A stretch of DNA of 64,000 nucleotides from the human T2T-CHM13v2.0 reference genome, Homo sapiens: assembly GCF_009914755.1 (NCBI RefSeq), contig NC_060940.1. The stretch is one strand, 5' to 3'. The position numbers and the translations under genes are program-made. The notes beneath the pieces are model-generated. The model was not told the origin of the DNA. It ran no database searches and saw only the letters and a list, made by a program, of their open reading frames with translations. Shown piece by piece: positions 29,441 to 42,720 of the stretch (its first letter is position 1; every line of letters starts with the position of its first letter).

Positions 29441-30895
29441 ATGCCACCTTTCTTTACTGGCCTTGGGGGTAGTTGCGCCATCGGCGCTCTCAACGCTGCT
29501 TGGTGGGTCGGAGTGATGATCTTGGCCCTATTTTGCAGAGGAGGGAACTAAGGCTCAGAAAAGTTATCCTAGCCGTCTTCCGTTGCTGGGAGGCCTGTTG
29601 TGTGGACTAGCAGTCAGGACCAAGGGGCAGCCTTCCGGGGGCTGACTTCCGCTCAGCCTGAGGAAGAGCTAACAGTCCTTGCTGTCCAGAGAGAGAATGG
29701 GGGGCCTTGAGTGGCAGTGAGCGCCCCCTGTCTGCAGGATACAGGCTGATGAGTTTTTGGCCAGCTGTAGTCCGTAGAGGCCTGGCGGGTGGCTGGGCTT
29801 GGTGGTATTGGGGCCACCCAGCTGGTGAATGGACTCTTGGCTCAGGTCCGCTGATCCAGGTGGGCCCTGTGGGCCTGGAGTGTGCACTCTGCCTTCTGCA
29901 AGCTCCCTGGCTCCTCCAGGACTCATCCCATTCAGCACAGGCTCTGTGCCTAGTGGCTGGGAGTACAGAGCTGGGCACAGCCTTGGCCTGCTCCCTAGAG
30001 CCCTCCATACCAAGACTATAGGGTAGGGGAGATGGGCATGGTAAGGACCTCACAAGGCCACAAAAGGTCCGGGGGCTGGATCCATCGCTGGCAGCCTTGA
30101 CAAGGCTTCTTTTGTGCCTGGCTGGGCAACTCTGCCTGGGTCTGCTCAGATTGCAGACAGAACCTGGGTGACAGAGACAAAGCAGAGCCCAGTGGAAAGT
30201 GTCCTTATCGCCTGGGGTCTGATAAGGGCCCCGGGGAGGGGGCTGCCGGCCAGCTCCACAGATCTGAGTGCTGGAGGAGCTGGAAGGGCCGGCTGGGCGG
30301 CTGCAGCAGACGCTTGCCCCCTCCCCCACCCCACTCCCACTCCCCCACCGTGGCGGCTGCTCACTGCACAGTATTGATCTAGTGGCTTCTTACACCAACC
30401 CTCTCAGCAGCCAGTGGGGGAGGGTGGACTGAGATGGCCCAGCGCCCAGACCCGGCCGGAGATGTCGGGTGTGGGGAGGATTAGGCACCCTTCCCCGTGC
30501 TGTGCTGGGCACTGCTCCTGAGAAAGGTCCAGTGTCCCCAGCCTGAGGCCAAGAGGAGCTGGTGATACTTCAGAAGCAGCCTGGTCCGATAGCCCCAGCT
30601 CCAGCCCAGATCAGCTCTGGGACCCTGGGTGAGGCACTCACTATCTCTGAACCTTGCCGTCTGTATTATGGGAATGGTCACAAATCTACCCTTCAGGAGT
30701 GGCTGTGAGCATTCAGTGGGGGCTGGAATGGGTGGCTGGCCCATGCCAGACTCAGGTGCTGCGGTTATGACCTCTCCTGTGTGCCAGGGGCCAGGAACCA
30801 CCCTTCTGACTCCTGGTGGCCCATATCTCCTTGCCACTTACCTGAAGTGTCAATAAATACGAATGGGATGGGGTCTGGAAGTCAAGAAAGAAATT

Positions 30896-31335
<440 letters not shown>

Positions 31336-34300
31336 TCAAATTCTGCCGTACTCTGCCACTTACAAGACTTTCTGAGCCTCAGTTTCCTCACTTGAGAAGC
31401 AAAGCTTCACCCGCTTGGCTCACCCCACCTGTGACTCTAGGTGACAGGAAGAGATTCCTTGTATTAGGGACAGTTTTTACAGTCACCAGGAGGAGCAGCA
31501 AGGGCTTGAACACTGGGATTGCGAGTCATGACCTAGGGACTCATCTGCGCCTTTTGCCCAGTGGCAGCAGAGCAGTTCAGCAAGCTCCCCACGCTGCCCA
31601 CCTGCAGGCAGCAGCACCTCTGGCCCCACCCCCGCGTCCCCGCCCCCTGCTGTCTCTTCCCTCCTGTGTTCCCCTGAGCTTGTCCCACTTAGTGTGGCAG
31701 GAAGGTGCCAGGAAACTTCTTCCTGGACCCTGGGGAAAGGAGGAAGCTCACAGTCCTATGGGTGGTATTGCTGCCACCCGGGCAGATTTTTGGGCACTTG
31801 GCGTTCAGTCACCCTGAGCACACTTTCACCGGTCAGGCACGCTCTGCCAGCTTCGCCTTGTTATCCAGAGGTTTGAGTGGTCTGCGCCAAGGCCGTGTTT
31901 CTGCCTACCACCCCCCAGCTTCCCCAATCACTGCCCAAGGGGTGCCCCCATCCTCAGCCTCTGGCTCTTCACCCCAGGTGGCTGAGGGTTCAAGCTTGGC
32001 TGATAGTGAGATGGAAGCTCTTGACTTCCCTGGAACTCAATACTGTTTCTCTGTGTGGAGGGTCCATAGTGCCCTTGGGACCCTCCTGGCAGCCCCTGAG
32101 CTGGCCCCGGGGTTGAAGGGGCCCCTCTGCCGGTCTCTGGAGCTCTTCACTGCAGACAGGCCAGCTCCCTTGCTTTCCTCCCCAGGGCCCCAGCCTGATC
32201 CTCCCCCACCCTCCCCTCCTGTCGCTCCGCAGATACCGCTAATCAGCCCCTCCATGGCCCATGATTGCGCTCCCAGAGATATTTTTACCTTATGCAAATA
32301 GGTGATGTAGAGGTGCCCTCATCTGCCGGCAGCCAGTCCCCCGCCACTCCCCCGGCCTCCAGCTGCATTCCCTTTGCCGTTAGAGCTGGCTGAGCATCAT
32401 GGCCTCGCCTTCTAGATCTCCCTAAGCACCTTCAGGGAAACTGTCCTTTAAGGATGGTGGATCTGCTGCTCCACACCTTCCAGCACAGGAGCCTTGGGAG
32501 AGGTTTCCCGTGCTTGGGAAGAACAGGGAGGGTACCCACGACATTGCCAGTATCTTATTGAGCTGTGGGAATGCGCCCTGGGCCAGAGGTGAGGAGTGCT
32601 AGTGGAGGGGCCCTAGGGGCCTCCTGCCTCCCTCCACTCTGGGGTCCTGGTGGAGCCTGGCCCATCACCAGTCTTGGGAAGTCCAGACCCATCAGCCTTC
32701 TTGGTCAATGATGGGTCAAGGAGGCCGAAGGCTGCCTGCCCCAGGGACAACCACACAGGCCTCTGGTCTCTGTCATTTGCACGTTTGTCGAGCACCATCT
32801 GCTGCACAGGGTGGTGTCAGGCACTAGCATGCACTTTACGATTCCTCCTCACAGGAACCCAGGAGATGAGGCAGGTCCTGGTGCAATCCCCCTTTTACTG
32901 ATGACCGACAGAGATAAGGAGGTGGAGTGACACCTCGGAAATAGCCAAGCCAGGGTCTGCCTAGCTCCACCTGTCCCCAGAGCTGGTGGTGGTTTCTCAG
33001 CTCTGCATTTCCACCTCATTGCTCTGGGGCTGTTTCCCGGGTCCTGAGAGGCCTCAAAGCTGTGGCTGCGCATCCAGTCTGCGACCCTGGCAGCTTCTCC
33101 ATGCTGCCCCTCCTTGGGTCAGCAGCTGCTCCGTCTATTGGCAGCCTGGGTACCACTGAGCTGGCCTGCCCAGCCACACCAGGGACCTGGCTGGGTGCCA
33201 GGGCTGGGCTGGTGGATGGTACCAGAAAGCAGGTGCCTGAGGTATTAGATGTAACACTGGTGGCAGGCAGATATGTGAGTGTGATCTGGCCGGCCAATAT
33301 GGCTGTCAGCCTAAAGCAACCACCGTGTCCAGCTACTGCCCTGCTGCCTGGGCCCTCGGGGTGCAGCCCTCACCTCCCAGAGCACTCAGAGTGCCAGCCT
33401 TAAGGGCTTCTCACTCTGGAGACCCCCAGAGACCCAGACAAGTCAGACACAGACACTTGCAGTGTCCAAGGTCCAGGGCAGCCCCTGGCCTCTGCTCACT
33501 GCCTCCCATGGCGGTCACCGTGCTCTTGAGGGCTTGAGGACATGAAGCAGGCAGGGCAGAATCCCCTCTCTACCACAGCTCGGCCTGTCTCTGCCCTCTG
33601 GCTTGGCCGTGCAACCTGTGGGGTGTGGGTTCCTTGTTTTGTAGGTGTGTTGGGTCTCCCAGGGAGACTGTAAGTTCCTGAAGGCCAGGATGCCTCAGCC
33701 TAGTCCTCCCATGGCCCCCAGCTGGCACAGAGGGTGTTGAGAAACATCTGGCAGGGTGGGTGGTGGATGGATGAGAAGACTTGCCAAGCAAGCCCTAGAA
33801 AGGGAAGGGCACACCCATTGTGTACCAGCTTTTTCCAAGGCTGTTTTCCTCAAACCTCACCCCTCAGCAGCCCATGGTTCCCCATTCTATAGGTGAGGAA
33901 GCTGGGGCCCAGGGAGAATAAAGAGTTTGTAGCAGAGCAGGGACTGGGCTTCAGGCTTCTGTCCTGCCCTTGAGCCTGGATGGGTACCTGCATCTGTCTA
34001 CTCCTTCCAGGAGATTTAAGGTCTTTGGGGAGCAGTGCCAAAGAGTAAGGCCTCAAGAGGTCCTGAATCCTTTTGGGTCCTTGGCCTGGTAGGGGCCCAC
34101 CCCAGAGGGGCTAGTGCAGTTGTCAGCTACTGTGGACACAGCTTCTGTCCTAATGGGGGAAGACAAATAGCAAACACCTAATTGAAATGTACAGTGCATC
34201 AGATGGGTGATAAGCATGGGAGGAAGGAGGGGGTGCAGGGTATAGCTGATGGGGCCTTTTTAACGTGTCAGAGAAGACCTCTTAGATAAGGTGGTATTGA

Positions 34301-34745
34301 AACAGCGACCTGAAGAAAATGAGGATGAAAGCCTCTCAGTTGTCTGGCGGGAGAGTGCATCAGGCAGCAGAGGCAGGAAGTGCAAAGGCCCTGCGGCAGG
34401 AGCATGCCCGGCTGGGGTGGATGGTGGTGAGGTCCAGCTAAGGTGGGGTGACAGTGAGGGCCTTGTGGCTCTTGTACAAATGGCTTTTCCTTTGCAATGG
34501 GAAATCTTCAGAGGGTTCTAAGCAGAGGATTGACCAGACCTGACCTGGCCTTTGTTCTGGCTCTTATGTGAGGAGAGATGACAGGGAGGAGGGTGCTGAG
34601 GCTCACACGGTCACCTGGGCAGGAGGTGATGACGGCTCAGATAGAGCAGCGGTGGTGGAGGTGGTGGGAAGTGGTCGGCACAGGCTGTGCATGTTTGGAG
34701 GTAGCAGTGCCAGGACCTGCTGACAGAGTTGCGGCTTCTTTGCAG

Positions 34746-34894
34746 AACTGGCTGCGGCTTTATGGCTACCTGCCTCAGCCCAGCCGCCATATGTCCACCA
34801 TGCGTTCCGCCCAGATCTTGGCCTCGGCCCTTGCAGAGATGCAGCGCTTCTACGGGATCCCAGTCACCGGTGTGCTCGACGAAGAGACCAAGGA
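34746..34894 (+). CDS. MMP15: MMP15 exon 2 (propeptide)
   Basis: tgcag|AAC TGG...AAG GA|gtgagt; NWLRLYGYLPQPSRHMSTMRSAQILASALAEMQRFYGIPVTGVLDEETKE. Confidence 0.97.
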
Positions 34895-35539
34895 GTGAGT
34901 TCCCCCCACCATCCACACCCCACAGGCACCTGCCTTCCATCTGGCCTGCTCTCAAGAGGGCTCAGCATGTGGAGTTTCCAGAAAAGAGTGGCCTAGATAA
35001 GAGATGCCAAATGGTTTGGTCCTCCATGTCACTTCTGATTGGTTGGAGTGGCTGCCCAAAGCCTTGTATTGAGAAAGCTCCAGGGGCAGAATCCAGGCCT
35101 TAGCAGTAAGAAGCACAGTGATTGATTAGTGATGTCTGACATGGCCAGGGGAGTGTGGAGGTACAGTACAGGAGCTGTGGAAGGGAAATCGTAGCTAGGC
35201 ATGGCTATGAATCTAACAAGTGACATGACCTAAAGCCATGTCCCTGAAAACAATGCACAGAGCATAACGTATCCAGGACAGAAGGCCTTGAGCGAACCCT
35301 CCATTACTGGGTGATAAGGAGAGAAGGGCTCACCTTGACTGAACCACTCCTGGGCACTCAGTCTTCCAATACAGGCATTTTGCCCATTTTACTGGAAGTT
35401 GAAGCTGAGAGTCCCCCATCCCCACTGTGTCATAGGAGGGGCGGCTGGGAAGCCCGGAAGTGGCGGAAGTGGCAGTGCCAGAACAGGCAGGTGTGTGGAG
35501 GGGAGGCTCCGTGCTCACCCCTCTGTGTCCATGTCCCAG

Positions 35540-35668
35540 GTGGATGAAGCGGCCCCGCTGTGGGGTGCCAGACCAGTTCGGGGTACGAGTGAAAGCCAAC
35601 CTGCGGCGGCGTCGGAAGCGCTACGCCCTCACCGGGAGGAAGTGGAACAACCACCATCTGACCTTTAG
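35540..35668 (+). CDS. MMP15: MMP15 exon 3 (cysteine switch PRCGVPD 35553-35573; furin site RRRRKR 35604-35621)
   Basis: cccag|G TGG ATG...TTT AG|gtaggg; canonical MT-MMP motifs. Confidence 0.97.
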   Translation: MDEAAPLWGARPVRGTSESQPAAASEALRPHREEVEQPPSDL

Positions 35669-36424
35669 GTAGGGGGCTCAGCTGCCCAGGGAAGCATCTG
35701 CCCCTCGGCAGGCCGAGCCTCAGACCTCCTTTCCCAGAGCCCACCTCGGCGCCCAGCCTTAACAGTCCAGCCCGCTTTCACGCTGATGAGACCAGCCACA
35801 CACGCCAGGCAGTCTCCCTCGAGGGAAGGTCAGGACACTTCAAGCTACTTCCACCCTGTCCTTCCCCACCCCCCACCTCCCTGCAGGCAGGGGCTGGCCT
35901 CACTGGGCACAGCTGGGCTACTGCCCCAGCACAGACTGCAGCAAGGGATGGGGGATGGCTGGGGTGCAGGAATCCAGGCATCCATCAAGTGAACAGGCAG
36001 CAAGTCACCTGCAGAATCCTTGGATCAGGGGCCCTCATCCTTTTTGCTGAGTTCTTGAGCAAGAAAACCCTCCAGCCAAGTGTGCCTTGAGCCATGTGGT
36101 TGTCCCCAAGGGCTCCCCTTCTTGTTCCAGTCTGGCTCTGTCCTGACTCCAAGCTCCATCTCCCAAGGAAGAGTGGTTCCCATGGTCACTTAGACCTCAA
36201 GCCCCCAGAGTGAATTCAAGGTCCAACCAGCTAAAATATTCCCTTCAGGTTTAATGTCTAGCACACAGAGCTGAATCTGATTTATATAGGTAAGAGCAGG
36301 CCTCACCATACGTCATCAAATGCAGTCTCTGGCTACAACTTACTTCCTCTAATCCTCACTGGAACCCTGTGAAGAAAGTACCACACACACACTCTTTTCT
36401 AACTTAACAGATAAACTGGAAATC

Positions 36425-36755
<331 letters not shown>

Positions 36756-37148
36756 TCACACAGATACTGTTAGAGCCAGGCCTTGAACTCAGGTCTGCCT
36801 GACCCTGGAGCTCAACATTGAGAACTGCTCAGCCTGTTTCCCAAACCTCACTCATTTGCATCCCATTTTCTAGGTCTTTCCCCCAGCCACATAGCACCTG
36901 TATTTTAGTTTACTTAATGTCTCTCTTACTTAAAATCAGTTTATTTGCCACAATGCAATCTTAATTTAATGATATCTTCATGATCTCCTGGATTTGACAA
37001 ATTCAAATTATGATTTACATCAAAGCAAACTGCCAGTTGATAATGACGGGCTTGTTGGTGACCTTGCGTGCACTCTTGGGAACATGCCAGCAGAGGATAG
37101 TAGGCCCTTGGCCCTGCATCCGCTCACTCATCTCCCACCCACCCCCAG

Positions 37149-37456
37149 CATCCAGAACTACACGGAGAAGTTGGGCTGGTACCACTCGATGGAGGCGGTG
37201 CGCAGGGCCTTCCGCGTGTGGGAGCAGGCCACGCCCCTGGTCTTCCAGGAGGTGCCCTATGAGGACATCCGGCTGCGGCGACAGAAGGAGGCCGACATCA
37301 TGGTACTCTTTGCCTCTGGCTTCCACGGCGACAGCTCGCCGTTTGATGGCACCGGTGGCTTTCTGGCCCACGCCTATTTCCCTGGCCCCGGCCTAGGCGG
37401 GGACACCCATTTTGACGCAGATGAGCCCTGGACCTTCTCCAGCACTGACCTGCATG
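37149..37456 (+). CDS. MMP15: MMP15 exon 4 (catalytic domain with MT-loop [10 protein letters not shown])
   Basis: cccag|C ATC CAG...CAT G|gtgagg; IQNYTEKLG...[37 protein letters not shown]. Confidence 0.97.
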
Positions 37457-37479
37457 GTGAGGACAGCTGGCCAGGGTGA

Positions 37480-38082
<603 letters not shown>

Positions 38083-38890
38083 TGAGGATTAGTGACTTGC
38101 CCACATCATTTGGGGAATAAATGGTGGTACTGGAAATGAAACCCAGGGCAGGCTGCCTCCAGGGCCTGGGCCTCACTCGAGGCTGTGGCTGCAGGCTAGA
38201 GGCCTTGAAGGGACACAGGTTCTTCATGACCCTCCTCTCCTCCTCACCCTTGGCAGTATTCTTACTAGACCACAAGTGCCTGGGGGATCCCAGGACCCGC
38301 CCCCTTCCACCGTCACTCCCAGCCTGAGCCTGTCACAGCTCTGTCCACAGTGCTGCTGGTTTGTCACTTCCCAGTGGCTTTGAGGAAGTGCCACCCCCCC
38401 ACCCAGGGCCCACCCGAGAAAGTCTCCAGCAGTGAGGTCCCCTGGGCCAGTTCGGTGGGCCAAGTCCTGCACTCTGTGCCCACACCGAGCCCTCCTCGGG
38501 GCTGGCAGCTCCTGCCGTGCTGGGCACTTGACGGGCACCCCTTGCTGCATCCCCAGCAACTTGGAAATGCAGAGTCCAAAACGCCTGAAGCCAGGGCCTG
38601 GAGCCTCTGCTGGAGCAGGCTGGCATCCCAAGGGGAATGTCCCCAAGGGGACATGCAGGCAGACACCCTCAGGAGCACAGTGACCCAAGGTCAGTGTGGG
38701 GAGATCGAGGAGGGGCTAGAAGGAGGAGGACCCAGGTCCCACCGAGGATGGAGGCAGGTGTTGGGGAGGGGTCTGCTGTAGATGGACAGGATTTTACTTT
38801 CCGCGTGGGTGGGCCTGTGCTGGGGGCCCCGGGGCCCAGGGTTCTGAGTAGGAACACAGACCTCACTTCTGAACCCCTGCCTCTCTGCAG

Positions 38891-39144
38891 GTACCCCAGA
38901 CGGTCAGCCACAGCCTACCCAGCCTCTCCCCACTGTGACGCCACGGCGGCCAGGCCGGCCTGACCACCGGCCGCCCCGGCCTCCCCAGCCACCACCCCCA
39001 GGTGGGAAGCCAGAGCGGCCCCCAAAGCCGGGCCCCCCAGTCCAGCCCCGAGCCACAGAGCGGCCCGACCAGTATGGCCCCAACATCTGCGACGGGGACT
39101 TTGACACAGTGGCCATGCTTCGCGGGGAGATGTTCGTGTTCAAG
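38891..39144 (+). CDS. MMP15: MMP15 exon 6 (proline-rich hinge, start of hemopexin domain)
   Basis: tgcag|GT ACC...TTC AAG|gtctgg; ...[14 protein letters not shown]...[19 protein letters not shown]. Confidence 0.97.
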
Positions 39145-39504
39145 GTCTGGCCCCGCCTCCCATGCCTGGCCCTGAGCCTTTTCCCTGGCTGCTCTGGGCC
39201 CCCTGTCCCACCCTCACTCAGCAGGCCCCGGGGAGCCATTAAGCCCTCAGCTCTAGATGGGGAGGAATCCAGCCCAAGAGGTTGAGGGACTTGCCCAGGG
39301 TCACACAGCAAGCCCTGGTGCCAGCTCCCCAGCTCAGGGCTCTGTTTCTGTGCAGCCCTGGCTTTCCAAGCCACTGCCTGCCTCAGTATCTCAGTGTCCT
39401 CCCCTTGGGCCCACCCTCACCTGGGAAGGGGTGGTTTGAGGATGGCACCTCTCCCGGCCAAGGCAGCTTGCCTGCGCTGCCCGCTCACACTATGCCCTCC
39501 CCAG

Positions 39505-39643
39505 GGCCGCTGGTTCTGGCGAGTCCGGCACAACCGCGTCCTGGACAACTATCCCATGCCCATCGGGCACTTCTGGCGTGGTCTGCCCGGTGACATCAGT
39601 GCTGCCTACGAGCGCCAAGACGGTCGTTTTGTCTTTTTCAAAG
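39505..39643 (+). CDS. MMP15: MMP15 exon 7 (hemopexin)
   Basis: ccag|GGC CGC TGG...AAA G|gtgagc; [46 protein letters not shown]. Confidence 0.97.
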
Positions 39644-40483
39644 GTGAGCAGAGGTAGGGTTAGAGGGTTGGGCACGCCTCCTGCCATGACCTCTGACCCT
39701 GCTGGATCTGAGAGAAGAGGAGGTGAAGGGTTGCATTGCATGTCTGGTCCTGTGCCCCCACTGTGGGCTCACTCTGGGAGGATGAGGACACAGCAGCAAG
39801 GCAGGACGGGAGGAAGATAGAGGCTGGAGGCAGGGTTGGACCTGCAACCCGGAAGTGCCTGGCCACCTTGTGCAGCACAGGGCTCAGCCCTGCTTCCCTC
39901 TGTCCTTGCCTCTTTGCCTCCTGCAGCCCCATCCTCATAAGAACAGGTGCCCCCAGCCCACTCCGGGGCCAGATTTCTGTGGTCTGTCTGCAGAGACGAG
40001 GTCTTGCAGGGCAGCGCCCCGTGATGGATCCACCAGGGCTCTAACCCCACTGTCCTGAGCTTCAGTGAGGCAGGAGCTCCCTGAGGACAGGGCTGGCACC
40101 AAACTAAAAGCAGGGAGCCCTGGGCCACACACTGTGAGGGCTGCAGGTGTGCTCCAGGGACACAGCCCCCAGACCCAGAGGCCAGGCAGTCCCCTCCCCA
40201 TACAAGAACTATATGTGCGGGGGTGGATGTGCACATGGAAGCGAGGGCTGTGGGTGGCATGTGGCGTGTATGGGTGTGAGCGGGTGACTCTTGCTCACGG
40301 GAACAAGTGTGCCTCAGGTATCCATGAGTGCAGCATGTGATGTGCGGGTGACCTCATTGTATGTTGTCTTGAATATGTAGAGGGGTGTGAGTGTGATTTT
40401 GTGGGCCCAGAAGAGCATTCTTTTCCCGCACACACCCCTCAGCCCCAGGCCTGACCTCACTGTGCCTGCCACCCCTCCTGTAG

Positions 40484-40634
40484 GTGACCGCTACTGGCTC
40501 TTTCGAGAAGCGAACCTGGAGCCCGGCTACCCACAGCCGCTGACCAGCTATGGCCTGGGCATCCCCTATGACCGCATTGACACGGCCATCTGGTGGGAGC
40601 CCACAGGCCACACCTTCTTCTTCCAAGAGGACAG
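40484..40634 (+). CDS. MMP15: MMP15 exon 8 (hemopexin)
   Basis: tgtag|GT GAC CGC...GAC AG|gtgagc; DRYWLFREANLEPGYPQPL...HTFFFQEDR. Confidence 0.97.
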
Positions 40635-40785
40635 GTGAGCAGTGCGTCCCTCCCCTAAGGGGAGAAGGCCCCATCTAGGCCCCCCTCAACCTCAGGCCTA
40701 CCCAGAAAGAATCCACTGCCTGTGGGGAACGGGTCCTGGCCCAAGCAGGATCTCTAGGTCCACAGCCTGGTGCTTTTGTTCACAG

Positions 40786-40901
40786 GTACTGGCGCTTCAA
40801 CGAGGAGACACAGCGTGGAGACCCTGGGTACCCCAAGCCCATCAGTGTCTGGCAGGGGATCCCTGCCTCCCCTAAAGGGGCCTTCCTGAGCAATGACGCA
40901 G
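40786..40901 (+). CDS. MMP15: MMP15 exon 9 (hemopexin)
   Basis: cacag|G TAC TGG CGC...GAC GCA G|gtacct; YWRFNEETQRGDPGYPKPISVWQGIPASPKGAFLSNDA. Confidence 0.96.
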
Positions 40902-41437
40902 GTACCTGGCCAGCCCCTCCCAGTTTGCCCAGCACCTAATATCCCCTGCTACACACACCACAGGGCAGGGCTTGCCCAAGGTCACCCGGCACTGTGATGG
41001 TGTGTATGGGTGACAAGCTGTGTCACGCTCTGGGCTGGGAGCTTACCTAGCTTGACACCCTGGTCCTTCCTGCATAGTTAAAATTCCCTTTTTACAGACA
41101 GGCAAACTAATAAACCAGAGAGCTTGAGCAGAGTGCCCCAAATTCCACAGCCAGGAAGGTGCGGCGTCAGGATTCCAGGCCAGTCCTGCCTGCGTCCGGA
41201 GCTGGAGCTTGGAACTGCCCTGATGCCCACAGAGTCCAGCCACCCCCAGGCAATCCCAGGGGAGCCTTGAGCCTGAGTGGGGCAGGCTTGGCTCAGAGTG
41301 TTAGGGGTGAAAATCCTCCCAGGGCATCACTCATCTACCTACAAGGAAAGCCCTGTCTCTGTCATTATAACCAAGAGACAGGGAGCTGTGCCTCTTCTGT
41401 TTCTCTAGCAAGGTCTCTAGTGCATTTAAGAAAAACC

Positions 41438-41703
41438 AGCCAGGTGTAGTGGCTCACGCCTGTAATCCCAGCTCTTGGAGAGGCCGATGCGAGAGGATCG
41501 CTTGAGTCCAGGAGTTCGAGACCAGCCTGAATAACATAGTGAGACTCTATCTCTACAAAAACAATTTTAAATCAGCCAGGTGTGGTGACTTGCACCTATA
41601 GTCCCAGTTATTTAGGAGGCTGCGGTCGGAGGATTACTTGAGTCTGGGAGGTCAAGGCTGCAGTGAGCTGTGATCGCGCCACTATACTCCAGCCTGGGTG
41701 ACT
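41438..41703 (+). mobile_element. Tail-less AluJ-like element in MMP15 intron 9
   Basis: Alu body ends at cctgggtgac with no A tail. Confidence 0.88.
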
Positions 41704-42280
41704 CAGGGGGGACCTTGCCTGCTTTGCCAGTGCTCAGGCCAGTTACACAGCTTCTGTATGTGAGCTTGGCACTCTGCAGCCGCTCTGATCTCTTGTGCTC
41801 ACCCCTTGATTGAAACCTGGCCCTGCCTGGTATTGATGGGATGCTGGCAAGGTGCCCAAGGTCAGAGAGCCAGCCCAAGGCAGCACCAGGTTCCTTCCGC
41901 TCTAGAACAACTGCGGGGTGCTGTGTGGCCTTGAGCAAGACCCCAAACCTCTGTGGTGTGAGGTGAAGCCAGTTCTGGGAAGGGGCAGCAGGATCCCTGA
42001 CTGCAGCCCCCAACCCAGCAGGCTATAGGACCCTTCCAGGCCCTTCCCCAGCTAATGTCAGTCTGGTCAGGAAGCCCAGGGTTCTAGTCGTACCCTTAGC
42101 CCAAAGCCCTCTGAGCCTCAGTCTGGCTCCTGCAAGTTGAGAAGGGGCAGATTTGAAAATACTCAGGGAAGCAAATGAGAAGAAGGGTGTTTTGAAGCCC
42201 TCAGCATGTCCTGGCCTTTGATGGTTCTCACTGGTGGTTCGGCTCAACCTGAAGCCACTCTGGCCTCCTTGCCCCTGCAG

Positions 42281-42720
42281 CCTACACCTACTTCTACAAG
42301 GGCACCAAATACTGGAAATTCGACAATGAGCGCCTGCGGATGGAGCCCGGCTACCCCAAGTCCATCCTGCGGGACTTCATGGGCTGCCAGGAGCACGTGG
42401 AGCCAGGCCCCCGATGGCCCGACGTGGCCCGGCCGCCCTTCAACCCCCACGGGGGTGCAGAGCCCGGGGCGGACAGCGCAGAGGGCGACGTGGGGGATGG
42501 GGATGGGGACTTTGGGGCCGGGGTCAACAAGGACGGGGGCAGCCGCGTGGTGGTGCAGATGGAGGAGGTGGCACGGACGGTGAACGTGGTGATGGTGCTG
42601 GTGCCACTGCTGCTGCTGCTCTGCGTCCTGGGCCTCACCTACGCGCTGGTGCAGATGCAGCGCAAGGGTGCGCCACGTGTCCTGCTTTACTGCAAGCGCT
42701 CGCTGCAGGAGTGGGTCTGA
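42281..42720 (+). CDS. MMP15: MMP15 exon 10 coding part (end of hemopexin, stalk, transmembrane helix, cytoplasmic tail ending EWV)
   Basis: tgcag|CC TAC ACC...GTC TGA; TM segment VVMVLVPLLLLLCVLGLTYALV; total CDS 2010 nt. Confidence 0.97.

Noticed and set aside
29607-30329. 240-aa antisense ORF in MMP15 intron 1
   Set aside because: No recognisable domain; composition typical of GC-rich non-coding DNA
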